Below, piece after piece: positions 26,088 through 37,499 of a stretch of DNA of 64,000 nt (position 1 is the first letter of the stretch; each line of letters opens with the position of its first letter). The notes under the pieces are model-generated. The model was given only the letters and a program-made list of their open reading frames with translations, did no database searches and was not told where the DNA came from. The stretch spans positions 80,290,001-80,354,000 of the forward strand of contig NC_042998.1 in the NCBI RefSeq assembly GCF_006345805.1. Reading direction: 5' to 3'. Position numbers and translations under genes: made by a program. The DNA comes from Octopus sinensis (Eukaryota).

Positions 26088-26281
26088 TTTAAAATGTGAC
26101 CGCATGTGTACCGTTGGTGATTTTTTTCCCTCTGTCTTTCCTTCTATGTTTCCGACGAAGTGCTCCGCTCGAAACGTTAAACCCTCCTTCTTTCCTTCTT
26201 TCCTGAGCATCCAATAATACTATATTTGTTCCAAGTCCTCGCGTTGTTGTGTTTTTTTTATGCTTTCTTGTTTGGATTAAC
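26088..26281 (+). mobile_element. Penelope-like terminal fragment, subfamily P1, followed by (TA)n
   Basis: Homologous to 17888-18093(-); contains hammerhead fold. Confidence 0.65.
26148..26182 (+). ncRNA. Minimal type I hammerhead ribozyme-like motif with CCGACGA core
   Basis: GUUU CCGACGA A GUGC-UCC-GCUC GAAAC GUU AAAC; predicted cut 3' of 26178. Confidence 0.62.
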
Positions 26282-26304
26282 TATATATATATATATATAC
26301 ACAT

Positions 26305-26338
<34 letters not shown>

Positions 26339-27338
26339 CGTGGCACTCCGTCAATTACGATGATGAGGATTCCAGTTGATCAGATCAACAGAACAGCTTG
26401 CTCATGAAATTAATGTGCAAGTGGCTGAGCAATCCACAGACGCACGTACCCTTAACGTAGTTCTCAGGGAGATTCAGCATGACACAGAGTGTGACAAGGC
26501 TGGCCCTTTGAAATACAGGTACAACAGAAACAGGAAGAAGAAGTGAGAGAAAGTTGTTGTGAAAGAGTTCAGCAGGATTCACCACCACCTCCTGCTGGAG
26601 CCTTGTGGAGCTTTACGTATTTTCCCTCAATAAACACTTACAGTGCCCGGTCTGAGAATTGAAGCCACAATCCTACAACTGCGAGTTCACTGCCCTAACC
26701 ACTGGACCATTGCACCTCCACACATATATATTTATATATACACACTCACACACATATATATATACATGTGTGTGTGCATGTGTGTGTGTGAGTGTGTGTG
26801 CGTGTGTGCGTGTGAGAGTCTGTCTGTGCCCCACCCCCACCTCATTCATCACAACTTGACAACCGGTGTTGGTATGTTTATGTTCCCATAACTTTGTGAT
26901 TCTGCAAAGAGACTGAGAGAATATGTGCCAGGCTTAAAAATTTACCAAATACCGGGGTCAATGAATTTGACTAAAATCCTTCAAGGCTGTGCCCCAGCAT
27001 GGCCATAGTCTGGCTTGGGATGGACAGTTTGACAGGAGATGGCTCTGCTATCTGTTTTGGCATGGTTTTTATGGCTTGATGCCCTTCCTAATATCAACCA
27101 CTTTAGTGTGTACTGGGTGCTTTTTTTCTTTTTTGCCTTTTAGTGCTACAAGAACTAGTGAGGTCACCATGCAGCTTGCATTACTATGAAACCTAAGAGG
27201 CGGTTGAGTGGGGTTGGTTTTATATTGGGGGATGAAGGGTTTAAGTATGAGAAAAATGGGGCGACAGAGTAGGTTCTTGTATAACTGCATGGTTACTCTC
27301 ACTTTCTCTCTCCGTTCTTGTGTGTATGTGTGTGTGTG

Positions 27339-28130
<792 letters not shown>

Positions 28131-28699
28131 TATATTCAGGACTTTGAACATTGGAGCCAAACACCTTGATAAGAACACAACAAGTCTGTTGTCTTGTAGT
28201 AGTAAGAAAAGAATGGCATGTTTATATAATTCTCACCCTGGAATATTCTGCAAATGATAGAAGTGTGTTATCACCAAATGAGTAGATCTCTCATTGTGCT
28301 ATGTTTTTGGAGTCTGATGCAAAAGAAAACCATATTGTTACATTAGGTTCACTGCAAATGTCTGTCAGGAATCAAGATGAACATAGTAATGCTTTTTTTT
28401 TTTTAACTTAGCTATCTTCCTAAACAAAGTACAGACATGATTTCAGATAAATACAGATAAGAATTCTTCCACTGGCAAATTCATATGTATGCTTATACAT
28501 AAGCATCATCATCACTCTTTATGTTTTCCCATATTGGCAAGGGTTGGACAAGTTTGCTCCACCACAACATTTTACTGCTTGTGATTGTCATCCTAAGATC
28601 AGATTTCACCAATTCTTAATTATCCACCATTGCCAACAATAGCTTCCTGACTCTCATAATCTAAAAGTGTGTTTGCACATAAAAACCTGTTCAGCCCTA

Positions 28700-28827
28700 G
28701 GACGTGGCTGGGACTTATTCATCAATCCCAAAAGGATGAAAAATGAGGTCAATCATAATATAAAGATGGACAAAATGCCACTAAGCATTTTTGTCCAGCA
28801 TACTAATGACTCTGCCAGCTCACTGCC

Positions 28828-28880
<53 letters not shown>

Positions 28881-29135
28881 TCTTTCTACTATAGGCACAA
28901 GGCCTAAAATTTTGGAGAAGGGATTAGCCAATTGACCCCAGTGTTTGAATGGTACTTATTTCATTGACCCCCCCAAAACAATGAACGGCAAAGTCAAGCT
29001 TGGCGGAACTGAACTCAAAATGTGAAGACAGACAAAATGCCATGAAGCATTTTGTCCAGCATGCTAATGATTCTGCAAGTTTGCTGCCTTAATAATAATA
29101 ATAATAATAATAAAATAATAATAATAATAATAATA
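28700..29135 (-). mobile_element. Two family 2 SINEs separated and followed by (TAA)n arrays
   Basis: (TAA)n at 28829-28880 and 29092-29135 bracket SINE bodies. Confidence 0.8.
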
Positions 29136-29164
29136 ATGAGTTTATGGTATACACTGCTCCAATC

Positions 29165-29620
29165 ATTGTGTTTACAAGGCTTTTATACCATTGGCTACAG
29201 GTGAGCACCAGCTAAGGTGGCCTTTTGTCAGTTTTTCAAATTGTGTTAGGGATAAGTTCCATTCCACTGATTCGGCATGTGCCTCAAAGGATCTCTGAAT
29301 CTCTTCTTTTGGACTGCCTTTTATTAGGATCCCCTTCTTTTAGTCGCAATTGGCAAGGTGTGATGTTGGCAGGTTTAATTGACTGACTGACTCCCAGTAG
29401 TCTCAATCCGACATGTGATAATTAAGGGGTGTAAGGTTACTGGCTAATAAACCACAGTAAAAATAACTTTCAGCAGCTGCTCTGATAACAGATCAACCTT
29501 TTCTAAGAAAGCAACGATTTCTCCACATGCAGAAAGGGCTGGCTGGAAGAGCTGTTCTAAACAAAGTTTATCTCAATGACAAGTCCAGCTAAAGAAGCTA
29601 AGAGACAAATTCACCCAAGT
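29165..29620 (-). pseudogene. Possible decayed non-LTR retroelement C-terminal region (L1/Tx1-like?)
   Basis: Broken frames such as CLEQLFQPALSACGEIVAFLEKVDLLSEQLL and KEEIQRSFEAHAESVEWNL; resemblance only, no intact motif. Confidence 0.2.
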
Positions 29621-31423
29621 GGTCAAAACATTGAAGAAATTTTGCAGTAGACACAAGCACGCTTGGATTTACTTTGCATTTCTTCACCCTACTCTCATCC
29701 TCCGTATGAATTACATGTCCATACCAACTTGGTTTTCTCTCTTACCCATGACAGTTTTTTTTTTATATTCATTTTATCATTTGGCTCATTTGTACTCTAT
29801 CACTATTGCATGCTAACATAATACATGCAACTAAGTATGCTCATTTCATTCCCAGACTCTGCACATTGTCTACACTCAAAACCTGTTTCACCTCCATGTA
29901 ATATTGTACTTTATACACAAGTATCTTAGAATCTGTTCTTCACAGGGAGTTTGAAACTTTTTGCTGCCAACAAAACTTCATTGGAGCCACTGTTAATTTC
30001 TCCAGTGAATCTTAATGTATCATCATCATTATCATTGACTTACATCTGCTTTTCCATTCTGTTATGAGTCGGATGGGTCATTGCAAACTATGTCAGTTCT
30101 TATTCAGAGTTATTAGTCGTTTTCCTGGGTCAGGAACTATACCTCACTAATGTGTTTCAATTTTGGTATGGAATTTATGACTAAACACCCTTCCTCTAGT
30201 CAACTACTTTGCAGAATATACTGACTGCATCTAATCATAGCACCAGCACTAAAGAAGTTGTCATGTCCCTGGTGAGACTTGATAGTTTTCACTGCCCTAT
30301 AATGTCTCTGTTCATTGAGCACTGAATTCCCAAATCCTGTCATATTTGAATGGATTTTTTTCATGCCTCGAAGATCAATAAAATAACTACCAATACTATC
30401 ATGGGATCTATTCAATTGATCCTTGCTCTTCATTTCTGGCTTTTCATTTCTGAAAGACACCAATATTTCAGACATTAACAAAATAGGATTTTTGTTTTAA
30501 AGATAGTTTTGAATTTATAAATCTACATTCTTGAGATGAGTTCTTTTCTTGCTTTCTTCTTTCCAGAGTTGAATGTTCATTGTCAAGCAATCAAATCCAT
30601 TATTTGACTTTACATTTTCATAAGTATCAATCTGTAGGTGATTCCTTGATAAGAACATTAAGATCTGACTCCTTTACTGGTCACACACAGATCTACCCAC
30701 CACGTACATAACACATGAAAATTAATGAAACCTTGTTCAAATTAAATTAATAATACTACAATTGCTACAACAACAAGCTGTTTCTATTCTGCTAGAAAAT
30801 TGAGTCTTGGCTTTGTACACAATGTGATGTTATTGATGAGATATGAACCTTTAAACTTTCAGGTAAATTATCTGGTATTCTACCAACTCAACCATCCACA
30901 ACTTTCAAGTTGAGTTTTTTATTGAAATAATTTTTAAGGTTTTCTGATTATTTGCCATATCTCTTATGTTTCTGTGTTCCACATCATATTTCAATAAATC
31001 CACTCTTTCAGCTCTCTTTCATTTTCCCTTTATTTTCTCTTATTATATTTCTTCAATTTGCTCTCATTTTCATGCCTTTCATTTTTATTTTTATTTCTTT
31101 ACTTCCTTTTATTTTAATATTTTTTGTTTTCTTTGCTAAGTTTAAAGTTAGGGCAATTATTTCTAACACAGTGTTTTGTTACTGTTAACCAGCAAGCTAC
31201 TGTATTATAAAACAATTAGTAAAATTGAAAACCTAATCAAATAGTCAAATTAGAAATTCAGTTTGTAAACTCAGCTCAAACTTTGCACACTATAATACAT
31301 TATTGAGGTAGCTTTAATATCAAAGAATTGTTCAATTTACATTCTAACTTAAGCTGTCTCTTTTTTATTGTAAATGTAATGTATTTCGGTTTTGCTTTAT
31401 GAAAGATATAAAGAGAAATTTTT

Positions 31424-31511
31424 TTAATAGAGATTTAGTTCTTTTAATGGTAGGTCATATGATAAGGTAGAAGCTCTCCGATTGATGGCCAGATGACGAG
31501 CTAGAAGGTTC
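31424..31511 (-). CDS. Candidate 3'-terminal coding exon of an unidentified gene
   Basis: Acceptor TACCCTTCCAATTAG; phase-2 frame (R)NLLARHLAINRRASTLSYDLPLKELNLY*; AATAAA at 31369-31364. Confidence 0.25.
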
Positions 31512-32873
31512 CTAATTGGAAGGGTATAATATGCTATGGTTGTACATACAGTAATAATTTAGTTGAGATTATGAAGAATATCAATTTGTTTGATCAAATT
31601 GAAAACCTAATCAATTAGCCAAATTAAAAACTCAGTAAATCCAATATGGCTGCACAAAATTCATGCATAATAGGTACATGTATGATTGTATCATAAGAAA
31701 TTTGTTTCCCAACCACATAGTTTCTGGTTCAGTCCTACTGTGTAGCACTATGGGCAAGTGTCTTCTACTATAGCCCTGGACCAACCAAAGCCTGTGAGTG
31801 GATTTCATAGATGGAAAGTGAAAGAGGTCCATCAGGTGTGTGTGTGTGTGTACACATGCATATATATTTATACACAAACAATTATGCATGTGTGTATGAG
31901 TGTGTGTTACTCTCCTTACTTTGACATGACATGATAGTTGTGTTATCATCATGCAAGTGGCATCCTTCATTTCCAATTTTCTGTGAAAACATGTCAGGCC
32001 GTGGGAAAATACTTCCCAACCTGGAAACAGATGAGGGTTGGGGATGAGAATGACATCCAGGTATAGAAAATTTGCCTCAGAAAATTTTTTGTCTGACCCA
32101 TGCAAGCAATGGTAAAATGGATGTCAAAACAATGATGAAGAATATGGCTGCTATTACTGATTGAATATGAGTTTAAATATTTCAAAATACGGTCTCACTG
32201 AGCAATGACACAGAATCTAAGATTATTAAAGCTGTGTATCAGAAATAAAGGCTGAGCCATCGATATGAACTCTGAATAAAAGTTCATATTCATGTTCAAA
32301 TGAATCATCTGAAGACAATTTAGGATTGGGATAAAAGAAATGCCAACAACTGGAAAAGTTGTTGAGATTTTGCTGTTTACTTTCAGTAGGATGAGAGTGT
32401 ACATGGCACTCACTTGTTGGTTCAAGGAATAGCTTTTATAATGATGTTGGCTTTATGTAGTTTGCTTGTTTAGCAGAGTGATTTTTGTATGTCTGGTTAT
32501 TTTCTTAGCTTGTCTGGAGTTTATTTTGAGGTTTGAGAAGAGAAAGCTTGGTTGCAATGTGTACAAATTTTATTTATTTATTTTGTGTTTTACAGTTTGA
32601 CCATCACTTTTTGAATTTTTGCTTATCTGTTGTAACTTCCCCCATTGTCCATCTGTCCAACTGCTTGTGTGTTGCTGTACCATGTCCGCCATGCAATGTC
32701 ACACACCATGTCCACCATGCAATGTTGTGCACATCTGCCATGCAACATCATGCACCATATCCACTGTGCAATGTTGCACACCAATCAAGCCTAACAGCAT
32801 CCAGTGAGTCAACAGACCCTCCCACATGTAACCCCACCCTCCTATAGTCAAACATGACATCCCATATAACAAA

Positions 32874-33094
32874 TTGGCAGAAACGTTAGCACATCGGGCA
32901 AAATGTGTAGCCGTATTTCGACCACCGCTACGTTCTGAGTTCAAATTCTGCTGAAGTCGACTTTGCCTTTCATGCTTTCGGGGTCGATAAATTAAGTACC
33001 AGTTACACACTGGGGTTGATGTAATCGACTTAATCCGTTTGTCTGTCCTTGTTTGTCCCCTCTGTGTTTAGCCCCTTGTGGGTAGTAAAGAAAT
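32874..33094 (+). mobile_element. Family 2 SINE, young copy
   Basis: Intact tRNA-like head (TGGCAGAAACGTTAGC, GAGTTCAAATTC) and CpG-rich core. Confidence 0.9.
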
Positions 33095-33485
33095 ATATAT
33101 AAAGTTAATGCAACCCTCTTTACAGTTGATGCAAACCCCCACCCCCCATAGCTGATGCAACTGCATGAGCACCCCAAACCCCATGTCTCAGACACAAACC
33201 AACCCAGTGCAATGTGAGCCAATTGGGTATGGTAGAATCTGCCAAGCTATCTCTTAGCAACAAGGAAAGGCAGACACAGTATAGTTTGGTGCATAACACA
33301 GAAGCAGGATCACCCAGAACACAAACAGGATCACCCAGAGATGATAATATATCTAATATAAACAGTACTGCTATGGGAGATTGGGATGCTTTTAGTTTGT
33401 CCAAAGTGGAGGGACCAATTTGGTCTGGTTGCATCTCCCAACATAGATCCAACCACCGCCGGAAGCTCTGTTACTGTGACAAAGT

Positions 33486-33764
33486 TGTGGTGTGATGATG
33501 AAGGAGTGTGACGGAACGGGTGGGAGCGGAAGTGATGCTTACAGGTCTTGCAGGGCGCATGCGCCGGCAGAAGCGGAAGTGACAGAGAGAACGCACGTGC
33601 GGCATCGATGAGTTGGGACAGACCCCAGCAAGGCACGAAGACGACAAGACGCGAGCAAGTTGGCTGAAGGCCATCCGACTTCATCCCCGGTCAGGTAAGA
33701 CCTTATTGCACTTCTATTTCCTTTTTCCTTGTTCCGTTGTGCTCCTTTCATCATCTCTACTACA
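33486..33764. mobile_element. 279-bp solo LTR (or LTR-like element) with 5-bp TSD
   Basis: TGT...ACA termini, imperfect ~22-bp inverted ends (TGTGGTGTGATGATGAAGGAG vs revcomp TGTAGTAGAGATGATGAAAGGAG), TSD AAAGT at 33481-33485 and 33765-33769; CpG-rich. Confidence 0.85.
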
Positions 33765-34504
33765 AAAGTAACACCCCAGCAAGCGAGAATCATAGTTATG
33801 CCTGCCGTTTACATGCTGGGCAGTCAAACTGGTCCGAACTAGATCAGACCAGTTTGAACTGGTTCAAATAGGTCCTAACCGTATCAGACCAATCCAAACC
33901 AGATGAAACCAGTCTGGACCAGTCTGAACTGGTTCGGACTGGTTAGGGTTAGGGCAAAGGTTTGATGTTTGAAGATGTTTAATAAAAATATTTCATGGAG
34001 GAAGATGTTTGAAGAAAATATTTGATATTTAGTGAAAAGGGTTGATGAAGATGTTTGATGACAGTGTTTGATGAAGACGAGATGTTTGATAAAAAAGTTT
34101 GATGAAAATGTCTGATGGATGTAACCAGTGTGATCAGGTTTTGACCAGTCTGGACAGGTCTTATCCAGTTTGGATGAGTTTGGACCAGTCCGATCCTGTT
34201 TCAATGGGTCTGACCAGTCTGATCCAGTTTCAACTGGTTTCAATGGGTTTGAACCGGTTTGCTTTATTAATTAATCAATTAATTAATTGGTTAATTAATT
34301 AGTTGCTTGCATAATTAGTTAATTAGCTGCTTAAGTAGCTAATTAATTACTTGTTAGGTGCTGAAATGACAAACACAAGTGCACACATACGTACATACAT
34401 ACATGGATACATATGTGCACGTATTTTGTCTGTCTTTACACTCTGAGTTCAAATCCTGCTGAGGTTAATAAAATAAGAACCAAAATTTGAAAACATTATT
34501 ATTA

Positions 34505-34720
34505 TTGGAAAGGTGGTGAACTGCAGAATTGTTAGCACACCAAGACAAACTGCTCAGCAGCCTTTCCTCTGGTTTTACATTCGAGTTCAAATTCCACCAA
34601 TGTTGAGTTTGCCTTTCATCCTTTTGGGGTAGATAAAATAAGTACCATTCAAGAAATCGACTAGTTTCATCCCCCACACCAAATTTCAGGCCTTGTGCCT
34701 ACAGTAGAAAGAATTATTAA
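34505..34720 (+). mobile_element. Family 2 SINE
   Basis: Head, core and GGCCTTGTGCC 3' end. Confidence 0.8.
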
Positions 34721-34814
34721 GGGTAGTGAATGGCAGAACCCGCAGGACGAAGAGGAAAATGCATTTTAATCACATACTTTTAGATTGCGTCCTGAGTTCA
34801 AATCACTCTGAGAT

Positions 34815-35082
34815 CAATACTAATTCTTCTCATGGAGCCCTCTCAACTTCTTCATCCAATACCCTTAGGCCCCATCTGGTTCTGGGCTTTTCCAATTTGG
34901 GAATTTTCTTAACTGCTTTTTTAATAATTTCTATAGTTATCTTTTTGTCTTCTTGGACTTCTATATTTCTTAACGAGATTGGTCCCAGATCCCTCTCCAG
35001 AGTGCCTTGCTTTCCTCTGCATCTGATATCATTGTTATATGTATTTGCCCATCTAGTTCCTGAAACAGTTTCTTCTGATTTA
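34815..35082 (-). mobile_element. Fragment of a restriction-endonuclease-type non-LTR element (R4/Dong-like), RT N-terminus
   Basis: NQKKLFQEL..., ALWRGIW, PNWKSPEPDGA*GYWMKKLRGLHE resembles the WKAPGPDG..GFWxKKL motif. Confidence 0.7.
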
Positions 35083-36119
35083 CTTGCTTGATTATTGTTT
35101 GCTTGATTAATTAGTTAATTAGTTGTTTGTTTGCTTAATTAATTAAATGATTAATTAATTAATTGATTAATTAATTAAGCATTTAATTATTTAAGCAGTT
35201 AATTAAATTAGCTGCTTGCTTAATTATATAATTAGTTGCTTGGATAATTAAGTAAATAAGTTGCTTGCTTAATTTCAATTAGTTAATTAGTAAGTTGCTT
35301 GCTTAATAAGTTGCTTGATGAAAATGTCTGATGCAGTTTTGAACTATCTGATTCAGTTTCGACCAGTATGGACAAGTCTGATCTTGTTTGCTTAATTAAT
35401 TTTTTTAATTAATTAGTTGCTTGCTTATTTAATTAGTTAATTAACCAGTTGCTTGTTTGCTTATTTAATTGTTTATTAGTTTCTTCTTTGCTTAATTAAC
35501 TAGTTAATTAATTAGTTGTTTGCTTGCTTAATTAATTAGTTAACTAGTTGTTTGTTTGCTTAATTAATTAGTTGCTTGCTTAATTAATTAGTTAATTAAT
35601 TAGTTGCTTGATGAAAATGCCTGATGAAGATGAGATGTTTGATGCAAATGTTTAATTGATTAGTTAATTGGATGATGTTTGATGAACTGGTTTGATGAAA
35701 ATGTTTGATGGCTGCAGCCGTTCTGATGCAGTTTCAATGGGTTTGGATGGGTCTGATTGGTTTTGACCAGTTTGAACTGATTCGGACTGTTCTGATCCAG
35801 TTTAGCCTGGTTTGAACAGGTTTTGACCAGTCTGAACTGGTTTGATCCAGTTTGAAATGGTTTGAACCATTTTGAACTGGTTTGGAACTGGTCTAATCCA
35901 GTTTGGACCAGCTAGGCTGGGGTTTAGTTTTAGGGTAGGGTTTGATGTTTGAAGCTATGATGATGCTTGATGCTTGTTGGATGCAAGTGGTCTGATTCAA
36001 TTTGGACCACTTTGAACTGGTTTTCACTGGTTTGATCAGGTTGGGATTGGTCTTAACTGATCTGATTTCAATTAGTCTGAACCAGTTAGGTTTAGGGTAA
36101 GGGGTATATATGTATATAA

Positions 36120-36150
<31 letters not shown>

Positions 36151-37499
36151 ATATTATATATACTTTTAATTTTGATGTTGATGATGTTTTAGTTCAGTAA
36201 TATATCTTCTAGAATTCCCTTGGGAATCTTATGATCAGCTTCATCAGTTAACATTATGAACTTTTATTTATTTATTTATTTTTGTCCTTTGTTCTTGTTT
36301 TGAGAAGAAACCTAACTTCAAGCAACTTTTTAGACACTATCTTCTAAACCAGGTAAAGTATGCAGGGGGTGCAAATTTTGATTTTGCACCCCACAAAAAT
36401 GTTAGTGAGTGCAAGTGCACCACCTGCAATCCCTGTTCCTGGGCCCTTGCCTCCACTGAATCCCTCCTGACTCCTTTGTCTCTCCTTCTTTTGTCCTCTA
36501 CACTATGTCACCCTTGGTTCTGCACTAGCTACTATTCACAGTCTTACCTCCTCAGAATATTCACCCACTGGAATTCTCTCCCAATGCATATTTTTCCCTG
36601 TGGCTGTTGGAAACAAGAAGACTGTCTGCCATGTAAATCTCAAAGTCTCAGAAGGCTTGTAGAGGCCACAGTCATAACCCCTTGCTCCAGAACAGAGCAA
36701 TAAAAATTCATAAACTTCCTTCCTCCTACCATCTGGTACTGGGAGGAGATGCTATGGCATCATCTAGTTTGCATCTTGTTTTTTCGTTAATCACAGATGT
36801 ATGGTTACAATGTTCACTTCACAACAATAGTGATTTCAGTTCCATCCCACTGCAAGGTGCTTTAACCAATGTCTTCCACTATAAGCTAAACTTGACCAAT
36901 GCCTTGTGAGTGAAATTTGATAGAAACTGTAGGGAAGCATCTGTGTGTGTGTGTGTGTGTGTGCGTATGTGTGTGCTTGCTTTCACATGTCTTAATGCTG
37001 TTTGAACAATAAACTTTTGTCTCTTGTAATATGTCCCACAGCTCAGCAGTTTCATTGGTTTTGATTAAAGGCTAGTAGAATAAGAATACTTTGAAAGACA
37101 AAAAAAGCAAGAGTTGGTGATTGGAAGGAGATCTAACCAGAGTCTGGCCATAGAATATTGTTTCACTAAGTCTCATCCAACCTATGCCAGCACTCATAAA
37201 ACAAATATGAAAATGTTACTGATGATGATGATGACATTAACTAATGTGCTGATAGAATATTTAACATGTTGGACAAAATTCTTAACAGCAATTCTTTTGG
37301 CTCTTTGCATTCTGAGTGTAAATGCTGCCAAGGTCAAATTTTCCTTCCATCCATTTGGAGTCAAATGAATAAGTATCTGTGGAACACTAGAGTCAATTTA
37401 ATTGACTTCTTTATCCTCTCAAAATTTCTATCCCTGTGCCAAAAATTTGAAAGAATTATTATCATTATAGTCATATATTTGTCATACCCAATGGCTGGC

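Larger units (their letters stand above)
33826..36105. repeat. Composite satellite: ACCAGTTTG/AACTGGTT decamer blocks, ATGTTTGATGAA blocks, TTAATTAGTTGC blocks and TTAGGG-like junctions
   Basis: Direct reading; interrupted by SINEs and a LINE fragment at about 34370-35082. Confidence 0.8.

Noticed and set aside
30200-30481. 93-aa ORF with protein-like composition
   Set aside because: Composed of decayed family 2 SINE core joined to an RTE-tail repeat
32190-32500. Two overlapping minus-strand open frames (...DDSFEHEYELLFRVHIDGSAF...)
   Set aside because: No start or reliable splice pair and no recognisable domain; within chance expectation for AT-rich DNA
33941-33954. Interstitial telomere or G-quadruplex
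   Set aside because: Only two TTAGGG units; too few G-tracts; kept only as part of the composite satellite
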